Notes: a model not told the origin generated them from the letters alone. DNA of 64,000 bases from an uncultured Oscillospiraceae bacterium (GCA_934589225.1 CAKTNS010000006.1:809-64808); one strand, 5' to 3'. Positions 55,893 through 64,000 are shown, counted from the first letter of the stretch. Translations and numbers: made by a program.

Positions 55893-56116
55893 GCCTCTGC
55901 CTCCTCTGTGGCATTATCGCCAGGATTGGCGGTATGGTCCCGCTCCATCTTTTCCCGGATCGCCTGCCGGATAAATCCTGCTTTTGTATATCCGTTGGAC
56001 GCACAGTGTTTCTCTAGTGCTTCCGCTTCCTCGTTCGGCATAGATAGCTTCACTTGCCGATAATGTTCTTTGATGTATTTATCATTTGCCTTTCGCTGCG
56101 CCTCTGACAAGGCCAT
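55889..56116 (-). CDS. Putative antitoxin (ribbon-helix-helix-like) of the zeta-like toxin
   Basis: 75 aa. 4-nt overlap with the toxin start. KAGFIRQAIREKMERD helix typical of RHH/CopG-like antitoxins. Confidence 0.5.
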   Translation of the reverse strand: MALSEAQRKANDKYIKEHYRQVKLSMPNEEAEALEKHCASNGYTKAGFIRQAIREKMERDHTANPGDNATEEAEA

Positions 56117-56581
56117 CCCCCCACCTCCTGTATATTAGTACCTGTCATACTATCATGCCCAACGGTGGCTGTCAAGATACATTGGTACAGATATACAGAA
56201 TTTACATAGAGGATGTTTGGCAGACTGTAGAGAAGCGAGCTCAGACCGAAGCGCAGAAAATAAAGGAGCAAGAGCGATAACTGCTCCAGGCCGGCCGGAA
56301 ATCCAGTCGACCCTCTTTCACCACCAACTGACCTTGTAGAAGAAATTATTCTAATTTCGATTGCAGTTGTTCATCATATGTGGTAAGATAATAAGCAAGA
56401 TAATCAGCAAGTTGAGGTGCCGTTAAGAAGATAAACACTACTGCATCCCCCGGTACTGACCGATCACCAGTACCGGGTATTTTAATGCCCATTTTTCTGA
56501 CCTTGTGTACAGAGGTCGCTAAGGTGGGCTGTAATTCCACATTTTTCCAGCCTGATTCATTTCAGGCAAGCCAAGGAGGGT

Positions 56582-56707
56582 ATTACTATAGCATTTTTCA
56601 GCTCTGCAATTACGGCTCTCGGCGCCGGTCTGGGTACCTGGGGAGTAATCAATCTGCTGGAAGGCTCCGGCAACGATAACCCCGGTGCCAATGCTCATGC
56701 GCGGTAA
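56582..56707 (+). pseudogene. Maff2-family ICE membrane protein remnant (no canonical start codon)
   Basis: AFFSSAITALGAGLGTWGVINLLEGSGNDNPGANAHAR* matches the recalled Maff2 core GAGLG.WG.INL.EG.GNDNPGA. Only ATA/ATT codons lie after the AAGGAGG. Confidence 0.55.
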
Positions 56708-56856
56708 AGTAACACACATGAATTTGATTGACGGCAGCCCCTATTCCGAAAAACGAAAGTTAAAAATATTTCACTTTCTCTATTGACATACGCAAGCAGG
56801 AGTGATATATTTATAACATCGCAAGTGCGAAATATATAACACGAGAGGAAAGAAAA

Positions 56857-57273
56857 ATGAATAAAAAAGTATCTTTAAGAGAAATTGTTGGAACAAAAAT
56901 AATCTACGCAATCATTCTTGTATCTTACTACTGGATGTGGGCAAGAACAGATTGGAAAGACTGGTATCCAACTTTACAGCATGTACTTGCCTGTTTTCTT
57001 GCTGCTTTTTTTGCATTTCAGCAAATGAGAATTAAGAAATACAAAAAGGAAGGTGTTGATGAAATGGCAGAGCGAAACTTGAAACGGTGTGACTCATTTT
57101 GTTTGAAGATTTTTGTTGCTGTTATGGTTGTAGTTGCTTGGGGCTGTGCTATTCTTGGTCATGTTAATGCTATCAATATGGGAATGATTGGATGGATTAT
57201 TGTTTTGTCTATTTTTATTTTATCTATCATTCGGACATTGATGTTTGTGATTATAGACAGCAAGGGGGTATGA
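56857..57273 (+). CDS. Small four-TM membrane protein paired with the HTH regulator
   Basis: AT-rich. Hydrophobic helices. The stop lies 1 nt before the HTH gene start. Confidence 0.5.
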   Translation: MNKKVSLREIVGTKIIYAIILVSYYWMWARTDWKDWYPTLQHVLACFLAAFFAFQQMRIKKYKKEGVDEMAERNLKRCDSFCLKIFVAVMVVVAWGCAILGHVNAINMGMIGWIIVLSIFILSIIRTLMFVIIDSKGV

Positions 57274-57274
57274 T

Positions 57275-57484
57275 ATGGCTCTTGTTACAAAAATCAAAGA
57301 ATATCGTGAGCAGGCAGGATATAAACAAAGCGAACTGGCAGAGCTTGTTGGTGCAAGACGAGAAACAATCGTTCACCTTGAAAATGGCAGATATAATCCG
57401 TCCCTTAAATTGGCTATGGATATTGCAAAAGTATTCCATGTGACTGTTGAGGACTTGTTTGAATTTGTTGATGAAGAAAAATGA
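57275..57484 (+). CDS. Small XRE-family HTH transcriptional regulator
   Basis: KIKEYREQAGYKQSELAELVGARRETIVHLENGRYNPSLKLAMDIAKVF. Confidence 0.8.
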   Translation: MALVTKIKEYREQAGYKQSELAELVGARRETIVHLENGRYNPSLKLAMDIAKVFHVTVEDLFEFVDEEK

Positions 57485-57503
57485 GCAGACCCGCTACCGT
57501 TAG

Positions 57504-57818
57504 AAAGTCGGGGCCTATTGGCACGGGGACAACTCCATGATGAGCTACTACACGCCCTACAGTGCCTTGCAGGATTTTCTGCGCCACTACAACGCCGACA
57601 AGAACGAAACCGACAAACTGCCTATGATTCCCTTTCACGGACTGCGGCACACAAAGGCCACCTTGCAGATTGCAGCCGGTACGGATGTACGCACAGTATC
57701 GGCTATCCTAGGCCACCGAGAGACAAGCACCACAATGAATATCTACAGCCACAGCCTGCAAACTGCAGAACAGGAAGCCGCCGCCAATATGGAGCGACTA
57801 CTTGCAAGGCAAGCATAA
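57504..57818 (+). pseudogene. Tyrosine recombinase/integrase, C-terminal catalytic fragment only
   Basis: ...FHGLRHTKATLQIAAGTDVRTVSAILGHRETSTTMNIYSH (R..H-x-x-R...Y box). The ORF opens right after a stop at 57501 and has no N-terminal domains. Confidence 0.75.
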
Positions 57819-57937
57819 ATTTCACACTTGTTAGGCAAATGTTAGGCAGCACCTAAAACAGCCAAAAACCACTTTCTCAAAAAGTTCTAAAAATACGTTA
57901 AAACCCCCGAAACCATCACGGTTTCGGGGGTAATTTC

Positions 57938-57982
57938 TGGAGCTAGTGACCTGACTCGAACAGGCGACCTTCTCATTACGAG
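57938..57982 (-). pseudogene. 3' half of a tRNA-Thr(CGU)-like gene, from the anticodon loop to CCA
   Basis: Reverse complement is CTCGTAATGAGAAGGTCGCCTGTTCGAGTCAGGTCACTAGCTCCA (T arm GCCTG-TTCGAGT-CAGGT). No D arm or 5' acceptor strand upstream. Confidence 0.6.
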
Positions 57983-58111
57983 CGCAGGCTAAAGCATTTG
58001 GTTTTGTCTCGTAACATGCGAAAAGTTCTGGTATTGCAAGCACTTTTTCGTCTCCAAGGTTTTGTGTCATCCCGTCTTATGGGGTATCTTTAGGCCATTT
58101 TTGAGAAAAAA

Positions 58112-58166
58112 TAACGCCAAATTAACGCCAAGTTTCCGTCAAGTGCTGTTTCCGAAAAAGTTTCCG
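58112..58166 (+). repeat. Cluster of short direct repeats (iteron-like)
   Basis: TAACGCCAA x2 (58112, 58123) and GTTTCCG x3 (58132, 58148, 58160). Confidence 0.6.
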
Positions 58167-58178
58167 GTACTGACAGGC

Positions 58179-58207
58179 TTGACATCCCCAACTTTTAAGG
58201 GTAGATT
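58179..58207 (+). promoter_or_regulatory. Sigma-70 promoter reading into ICE-B
   Basis: TTGACA, 17 nt spacer, TAGATT. Confidence 0.5.
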
Positions 58208-58540
58208 CGAGCTTGATTTTCTCAAGTTCAAAAAACGGCAATTCCGAACTTTTACGGAATCTTTTAAGATAATCCCATATTCGTTGCTTCTGAATAATCC
58301 GTTGCCTTCTCTATAAATACAACAGCAGTTTTTCTTTTTTTGATTATACCCTCTGTCACAGTTAATTTCAAGATGAATTTAGCACCCGGTTGGGTGCTTT
58401 TTTCATATACACTCTTATGAAAGGAGCCACGCATTATCCCTCGCAAATCCCCTGAATCGATAGGCAGCATCTACAGCATTCCCATCGACCAACTCCATCC
58501 CCACCCGGACAATCCCTTCGGTATCCGGGACGACCCTTCC

Positions 58541-59317
58541 ATGCTGGAACTCATTGAAAGCGTGAAAAAACACGGTGTAATGGTTCCCGCTATCGCCAGA
58601 CCGAAGCCGGATGGCGGTTATGAACTGGTTGCCGGTCATCGCCGTCAGAGAGCCAGTCAGCTTGCCGGTTTGGATTCCATGCCGGTGATCGTGATGAATC
58701 TCGATGACAACGACACCATCATCCAGCTCGTTGACAGCAACATCCAGCGCGAAAACATTCTTCCCTCAGAACGTGCAAAAGCCTATAAACTCCGCATGGA
58801 AGCCATCAAAAAGAAGGCCGGAAGACCCCAAAAGGAGGAAAATCAAAATTCGCCGAAAATTTCGGCGAATTTCCGAAGTGATGATTCCATCGGAGGATTG
58901 GCTGGTGTCAGCGGCGATACGATTCGCAATTATATCTCCCTGACAAATCTGATCCCCGAACTCATGGAAATGGTGGATGAAAAGAAAATCGCACTCAGCC
59001 CTGCCTATCAGATCGCCGCACTCCCCCAGGAAAGTCAGGATCTGCTCCTTGATACCATCGAAAGTGAGCAGGCAACGCCCTCTTTATCCCAAGCACAGCG
59101 TATTCGTAAGCTGAGCCAATGCGGGAAGCTCGACGAGGATTCCATGCTCCAGATTATGATGGAGCAGAAAAAGCCGGAACGGAATGACATTACCCTGTCC
59201 GGCGAGAAGCTTCGCAAGTATTTCCCACGCTCCTACTCCCCACAAAGAATCGAAGAAACCATCTTCAAGCTGTTGGATGCCTGGATGCGCAAGCGCCAGC
59301 GTGACAACAGCAGATGA
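58541..59317 (+). CDS. parB: ParB/Spo0J-family nuclease-like partition protein. Homology extends upstream to about 58421.
   Basis: LIESVKKHGVMVPAIARP..GGYELVAGHRRQRAS. The in-frame upstream IPIDQLHPHPDNPFGIRDD is also ParB-like but has no ATG/GTG/TTG. Confidence 0.8.
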   Translation: MLELIESVKKHGVMVPAIARPKPDGGYELVAGHRRQRASQLAGLDSMPVIVMNLDDNDTIIQLVDSNIQRENILPSERAKAYKLRMEAIKKKAGRPQKEENQNSPKISANFRSDDSIGGLAGVSGDTIRNYISLTNLIPELMEMVDEKKIALSPAYQIAALPQESQDLLLDTIESEQATPSLSQAQRIRKLSQCGKLDEDSMLQIMMEQKKPERNDITLSGEKLRKYFPRSYSPQRIEETIFKLLDAWMRKRQRDNSR

Positions 59318-59334
59318 CAATTTCATATTCTCCC

Positions 59335-59366
59335 AGCCTGACAAGCCCCCTTGTCAGGCTTTTTTC
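59335..59366 (+). terminator. Rho-independent terminator after parB
   Basis: agcctgacaag-ccccc-ttgtcaggct followed by tttttt. Confidence 0.8.
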
Positions 59367-59396
59367 ATTTCCAAGCAAAGGAGCCAATACCCTGCA

Positions 59397-60005
59397 TTGT
59401 ATATCCGAAACTACACCTATTCTGCCGAGGATGTGGATTGCAAGTTCTGCACAGAAGTTGTCGGACGCAAAGGATGCCGTCAGGAGATCTGCCCCTATTA
59501 TGCGGAGCGGATTGAAGCCGGTGTCATTTCCTACGCAGAAGCAGTCCTTTCGCTGATTTCATCCACAAGCAGTATCCGAAACCGTCTGCCCGGATTGATT
59601 CACAGTTTTCCCGGCTCCCTCTGGGCAGATGAAAAGCACAAAACCAGAATGGAGGTCTTTAATAACCGTCTGGGCTACCTCAAAAGCAGAAACACTCCCA
59701 GCTATTACGCAGTCCTGTATCTTCTGACCTCCAACGATGCCCTGTATCGGCGGACAGCCAACTGTTTTTACCACGGCGGCATTGACTTTTCCTATGCCGT
59801 TCTTCGCGGCATTTCTCCGCACAACTACGCCCTGTTCTGTGCCGCTAAGGGGCTGCGCCATGCCAGAGGCGTAACAGAATCAGAGCTTGCCGATCCTATG
59901 ACAATCGATGCTGAAGCGTTCCGATTGATTATGAACGCCCTGCTGATTGCCAAGTACGGAACCGCCGCATTCAATTTGAAAGGAGGCATTTCCCATGAGC
60001 CGTGA
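59397..60005 (+). CDS. Hypothetical Cys-rich ICE protein (start uncertain, TTG proposed)
   Basis: The ORF is open from 59184, but the parB terminator lies inside that stretch. CKFCTEVVGRKGCRQEICPYYAERIE cysteine cluster. Confidence 0.4.
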   Translation: MYIRNYTYSAEDVDCKFCTEVVGRKGCRQEICPYYAERIEAGVISYAEAVLSLISSTSSIRNRLPGLIHSFPGSLWADEKHKTRMEVFNNRLGYLKSRNTPSYYAVLYLLTSNDALYRRTANCFYHGGIDFSYAVLRGISPHNYALFCAAKGLRHARGVTESELADPMTIDAEAFRLIMNALLIAKYGTAAFNLKGGISHEP

Positions 60006-60258
60006 TTTTGGCGTTACTGATGGTCATTCCCTCTATTCCCTCCATCGTTACCGCAGCGATGTACGCCACATGGTCATTTTCGATGATCTGGTGGAAAAAG
60101 AGCATCACCGGGTTCGGCTCTATGTTTCGGCCTCGGTTTACGAAATGATCCGTCAGGCTGAAACCAACGGGCTGCTTCGGATCGTTCACCACGAAGAAAT
60201 CGTGGAGGGCTGTTCCGAGCCGGATTCCCCCCGGCGCAGAAAGCACAAACACAAATAA
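59995..60258 (+). CDS. Small hypothetical ICE protein (paralog of 61899..62210)
   Basis: RHMVIFDDL...RVRLYVS...NGLLRIVHH, shared with the downstream paralog. Confidence 0.45.
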   Translation: MSRDFGVTDGHSLYSLHRYRSDVRHMVIFDDLVEKEHHRVRLYVSASVYEMIRQAETNGLLRIVHHEEIVEGCSEPDSPRRRKHKHK

Positions 60259-60280
60259 TCATTGACAGGAGGTTTTTTCC

Positions 60281-60808
60281 ATGAACAAAATTGAAAAGCT
60301 GCACGAAAGTATCCGCACCCTCTTTCGCACGGAGGGCGAGAAATTCTGCTACACCCCCGGTGAGATTGAACGGCTGGTATGCAGCCTGAATTATAAGCGG
60401 CTGTACAGTGTCTTGTGCGACACAGCGGAGCCTGTCTATGTCTGCTGCGCCGGGGGCGGTATCTGCGATTCCCACCAGTATCACAGCACCAAGCTGTTCC
60501 CGGCAAACGCAACGCTGCTTTGGAGTGATGAGGGTGATCCGCTGGGCGACGATACTATCTCCACTTCCTACTCCAACGAACTTTGGCTGCTGGAGGACAT
60601 GACCATCGCTGCCGTCTCCTGCTTCCGTGTCCTCCATTCCGCTGCCAGCTATATCACCGAGTACCGGGAATACAAAGGTGACGAATGGCCTGCCCACCTG
60701 GTTCCTGTGAACATTCTGGAGCTGTGGCAGGCTCTGATCGATAAGTACCAGGACTGCGGCGATGAAGAACTTGACGCTGCGCTGAAGGCGATTATCTACG
60801 AGCCTTAA
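60281..60808 (+). CDS. Hypothetical ICE protein
   Basis: AGGAGG RBS. 175-aa ORF in a compact co-directional array. No motif recognised. Confidence 0.45.
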   Translation: MNKIEKLHESIRTLFRTEGEKFCYTPGEIERLVCSLNYKRLYSVLCDTAEPVYVCCAGGGICDSHQYHSTKLFPANATLLWSDEGDPLGDDTISTSYSNELWLLEDMTIAAVSCFRVLHSAASYITEYREYKGDEWPAHLVPVNILELWQALIDKYQDCGDEELDAALKAIIYEP

Positions 60809-60933
60809 TACATCAGCACCGACTCATTATCAAAATTTAATAAGATTGGAGCGCAGAACGCTTAGAAAAACGCTTTGCATGGGAGGGCATGGACATAAGT
60901 TCATGCCCTCCGTGCATTTTGGAGGTAAATCAA

Positions 60934-61854
60934 ATGGCTGTATTTCGCATTGAAAAGAACAAAAATTATACGGTGATGGCAAACTATCACCTTCGGGATA
61001 TATCTCTTTCGCTCAAAGCCAAGGGGCTGCTGTCGCTGATGCTCTCCCTGCCGGAGGGCTGGGACTATACCACCAAGGGGCTTGCCTGCATCTGCAAGGA
61101 CGGTGTGGACAGCATCTGTTCCACGGTCAAAGAGCTGGAAAAAGCCGGATATGTCCAGCGTAGACGGCTCAGAAACGAGCTAGGGCATCTCACAGAGATC
61201 GAGTACACGATTCTGGAAAAGCCTATCCACACAGCATCTTCGGAGGAATCCGCGCTGCCCGACAGTTCTGCAAAAGCCGGGACCCCACCTAAACGGGAAA
61301 AGCCAGTTTTGGATTATCCTGTTTTGGACAATCCTGAACTGGCTTTTCCAGAACAGGAGGAACCTGAACAGGAAAATCCCGCCCAATTAAATATACAAGA
61401 ATCAATTACAGAAAAATTAAATACTGATCTATCAAGTAAAGATTCATTCTTTCCTTCTACAGAAGCCGTTCCGGTAAATAGACAGGTTCCGCTGACAGAC
61501 GGAAGGACAGAAAGAGAAAGGATCAGAGAGCAGATTGAGTATAAAATTATGCGGGATCGGTATGGTCAGGAGCAGATTGATGAGCTTGTGGAAATCATGC
61601 TGGAGGTTGCCATGAATCGCAGTCCTACGATTCGCATTGGCAGAGAAGCGGAATACGCCACTGCCTATGTTCAGGATCGGTTCTCCAGAATTACATCCAT
61701 GCACATTGAGCGTGTCTGCGATGGCATCCGGGATAATCACACTCAGGTGCGAAATACCAAAGCCTACCTTCTAGCGGCACTGTTCAATGCCGTTTCCACC
61801 CTGGACAGCTACTACACCATGCAGGCAAACAGCGATTTTGGCAGCTCTTTTTGA
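60934..61854 (+). CDS. Putative ICE replication/initiator protein with an N-terminal winged-helix domain
   Basis: FRIEKNKNYTVMANYHLRDISLSLKAKGLLSLMLSLPEGWDYTTKGLA...ELEKAGYV. Acidic linker. C-terminal helical domain. Confidence 0.55.
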   Translation: MAVFRIEKNKNYTVMANYHLRDISLSLKAKGLLSLMLSLPEGWDYTTKGLACICKDGVDSICSTVKELEKAGYVQRRRLRNELGHLTEIEYTILEKPIHTASSEESALPDSSAKAGTPPKREKPVLDYPVLDNPELAFPEQEEPEQENPAQLNIQESITEKLNTDLSSKDSFFPSTEAVPVNRQVPLTDGRTERERIREQIEYKIMRDRYGQEQIDELVEIMLEVAMNRSPTIRIGREAEYATAYVQDRFSRITSMHIERVCDGIRDNHTQVRNTKAYLLAALFNAVSTLDSYYTMQANSDFGSSF

Positions 61855-61898
61855 GCTGCTTTTTTCATATCTGGATACCAGCGCAAGGAGCAAACACA

Positions 61899-62210
61899 AT
61901 GTCAAAAAGTAAAACCATTGCCAAGCGGATGGAGGAAGCACGGATTCAGGCCGGTGCCCAGAATTACAAGGGGCATGACTACATGGACTTGGCCCGGTTT
62001 GATACAAACACCCGGCACATGATCATCTTCCATGTCCTGACCCATGATTCCCCAGTGGGTGACAAAGGCGACAGGATGCGCCTGTTCCTCTCCGACAAGG
62101 GCTATCAGAAAGCATTGGAGAATGAAAAGCACGGGAACATCCAGATTATTTCCCATGCAAAGGTCGTTCGAGGAAATCTGATTTACGACCACAAAGACCA
62201 GCTTCGGTAA
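61899..62210 (+). CDS. Small hypothetical ICE protein (paralog of 59995..60258)
   Basis: AAGGAG RBS. RHMIIFHVL...RMRLFLS...GNIQIISH. Confidence 0.45.
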   Translation: MSKSKTIAKRMEEARIQAGAQNYKGHDYMDLARFDTNTRHMIIFHVLTHDSPVGDKGDRMRLFLSDKGYQKALENEKHGNIQIISHAKVVRGNLIYDHKDQLR

Positions 62211-62314
62211 AGGAGGTTCTATGAATCTGAAAATTCTGCTGCACCGGCTGGTGGTTCCGCCCTAGCAGGGATTGTCTTCTCCCTGAAAATCCACAGAAAG
62301 GAGCGTGATTTTCC

Positions 62315-62776
62315 ATGCAGGAAGAAGTGGAACAGAGGGTCGTCACCCTCATCGTCAACTGCACCAAGCTGACAGAGCAGGAGCTGAGAAAAGCACTGGG
62401 GAAACTGCTTACGCACCTGAAAACCCAGCACCAAACCAAGCAGCCCCACGGCAAGATGACCGTCAAAAAGCTCGCCGCCCAGAATCGAGGCTTGCAGAGC
62501 GTGGAGGTCACAGACCAAAATATCGGCTCTTTCAACCGTATTGCCAGAAAGTACGGCATTGATTTTGCCCCTTTCAAGGCAAAGGGACAGGATCGCTACC
62601 TGATTTTCTTCAAAAGTCAGGATGCCGATGCCATGACCGCCGCTTTCAAGGAGTACACAGAACAAATTGTGAATAAGAAATCCCGCCCCTCTATCCTTGC
62701 CAAGCTGGAACAGTTCAAGGCGCTGATTCAGTCCGCCGTGGTGGATCGGACAAAGAAAAAGGAGCTGGAACGGTGA
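62315..62776 (+). CDS. pcfB: PcfB-family (DUF3801) conjugation protein
   Basis: VTLIVNCTKLTEQEL...GKMTVKKL...FNRIARKYGIDFAPFK...YLIFFKSQDADAM. Immediately precedes the coupling protein. Confidence 0.65.
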   Translation: MQEEVEQRVVTLIVNCTKLTEQELRKALGKLLTHLKTQHQTKQPHGKMTVKKLAAQNRGLQSVEVTDQNIGSFNRIARKYGIDFAPFKAKGQDRYLIFFKSQDADAMTAAFKEYTEQIVNKKSRPSILAKLEQFKALIQSAVVDRTKKKELER

Positions 62777-64000
62777 AACAGGTAAACTGGAAGAAAGCAC
62801 TTCTGCCAAATCTGCCCTATGTATTCATTGCGTTGCTCTGCACAAAGCTGGGGCAGGCCGCACGGCTGGCAACTGGTGCTGATTTTGCTGGAAAATTCCT
62901 GCATTTTCTGGAAGGGCTGTCAGATGCCTTTTCGGTTCCGCTGCCCAGCTTCCACCCAGTAGATCTTTGCGTCGGCATTGCCATCGCTGCAGCCATGCGG
63001 CTGGGTGTCTATGTGAAGGGCAAAAATGCCAAGAAGTTCCGGCACAACCAGGAGTACGGTTCTGCCCGGTGGGGAACCGCCACCGACATTGCCCCTTACG
63101 TTGATCCGGCTTTTGAGAATAACATGATTCTCACCCAGACGGAAAGCCTGACCATGAACAACCGTCCCGCCGATCCCCGTACCGCACGGAACAAAAACGT
63201 GCTGATTATCGGCGGTTCCGGCTCCGGTAAGACAAGGTTTTGGTTGAAACCCAATTTGATGCAGTGTACTTCCCAAAAGTACCCCGTCAGTTTCGTTGTC
63301 ACCGATCCCAAAGGCGGTATTGTCAACGAGTGCGGAAAAATGCTTCTGCATTTTGGCTACCGGCTGAAAATTCTGAACACCATCAACTTCAAAAAGTCCA
63401 TGCACTATAACCCCTTCGCCTACATCCACAGTGAAAAGGATATTTTGAAAGTGGTGACTGCCCTGATCGCCAACACCAAGGGCGAGGGCAAAGCCGGGGA
63501 CGACTTCTGGGTCAAGGCAGAAACCCTGCTGTACACTGCGCTCATCGGGTATATCCACTACGAGGCCCCGGTGGAGGAACAGAATTTCTCCACCCTCATT
63601 GAGTTTATCAATGCCATGGAGGTTCGGGAGGATGACGAGGAATTTCAGAATCCGGTAGACCTGATGTTCGCGGAGCTGGAAAAGGAAAAGCCCCAGCACT
63701 TCGCCGTCCGGCAGTATAAGAAATACAAATTAGCCGCCGGCAAAACAGCAAAGTCGATCTTGATTTCCTGCGGCGCACGGCTGGCTCCCTTCGACATTCA
63801 GGAGCTGCGTGACCTGACCGCCTATGATGAGCTGGAGCTGGACACCCTGGGAGACCGCAAGACAGCGCTGTTCATCATCATGTCGGATACCGACGATACC
63901 TTCAATTTCCTAATTTCCCTGTGCTACACCCAGCTTTTCAACCTTCTCTGCGAGAAAGCTGACGATGTTTACGGCGGCCGACTTCCTGTTCATGTCCGCT
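62773..64000 (+). CDS. VirD4/TraG-type type IV coupling protein, 3' end outside the window
   Basis: GTG overlaps the pcfB stop. Two N-terminal TMs. Walker A VLIIGGSGSGKTRF. Open to the window end, so it is absent from the ORF track. Confidence 0.8.
   Translation, partial: MKQVNWKKALLPNLPYVFIALLCTKLGQAARLATGADFAGKFLHFLEGLSDAFSVPLPSFHPVDLCVGIAIAAAMRLGVYVKGKNAKKFRHNQEYGSARWGTATDIAPYVDPAFENNMILTQTESLTMNNRPADPRTARNKNVLIIGGSGSGKTRFWLKPNLMQCTSQKYPVSFVVTDPKGGIVNECGKMLLHFGYRLKILNTINFKKSMHYNPFAYIHSEKDILKVVTALIANTKGEGKAGDDFWVKAETLLYTALIGYIHYEAPVEEQNFSTLIEFINAMEVREDDEEFQNPVDLMFAELEKEKPQHFAVRQYKKYKLAAGKTAKSILISCGARLAPFDIQELRDLTAYDELELDTLGDRKTALFIIMSDTDDTFNFLISLCYTQLFNLLCEKADDVYGGRLPVHVR

Larger units (their letters stand above)
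57983..64000. mobile_element. Left-hand portion of a second ICE (ICE-B), running off the window. The left boundary is approximate.
   Basis: ParB, replication protein, PcfB and VirD4-type coupling protein, in the order typical of the left arm of Clostridial ICEs. Confidence 0.65.

Noticed and set aside
56346-56540. 64-codon minus-strand ORF.
   Set aside because: No RBS or motif was recognised, and it sits among mobile-element debris. It is left unannotated.
57901-57930. Hairpin cccccgaaacc-atca-cggtttcggggg considered as part of the tRNA-Thr fragment or as an att site.
   Set aside because: It is better explained as a simple terminator-type hairpin just outside the tRNA remnant (T-run on the minus strand). 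There is no evidence for a recombination role.
62920-63699. 259-codon minus-strand ORF.
   Set aside because: It lies entirely antisense to the VirD4-type coupling-protein gene, whose Walker A and family blocks are clear on the plus strand.

Overview
The window looks like a high-GC Firmicute (Clostridia-like) chromosome; this is inferred from gene content. It has four parts.

(1) 1-34.5 kb is the right-hand part of an integrative conjugative element, ICE-A. Its backbone genes are a sortase fragment, a C5-methyltransferase, an NlpC/P60 hydrolase, TopB, two ArdA-like genes, MobC plus relaxase, an ICE sigma/HTH pair, TnpW and a large serine recombinase. Visibly AT-rich cargo blocks interrupt this backbone:
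- a stand-alone membrane-anchored protein with a HEPN motif;
- a Gabija-like OLD nuclease plus UvrD helicase pair;
- a complete agr-type quorum-sensing module with envelope proteins and an ABC-2 exporter.

(2) 34.5-52.6 kb is core chromosome. It holds tRNA-Pro, queT with a preQ1-I-like leader, a pur operon (purE-F-M-N, PurO-type cyclohydrolase, purH, purD, purL) behind a ZTP riboswitch, an MBOAT pair, hup and rpsF-ssb-rpsR.

(3) 52.6-58 kb is a patchwork. It holds REP-like repeats, a metal-handling operon, a zeta-like toxin/antitoxin pair, a Maff2 remnant, a TM+HTH pair, a 5'-truncated tyrosine integrase and a 3' half of tRNA-Thr.

(4) 58-64 kb is the left-hand part of a second ICE: ParB, a replication protein, PcfB and a VirD4-type coupling protein that runs off the window.

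No CRISPR array or rRNA was seen. All family assignments rest on motifs read by eye and recalled family signatures. No database search was run.
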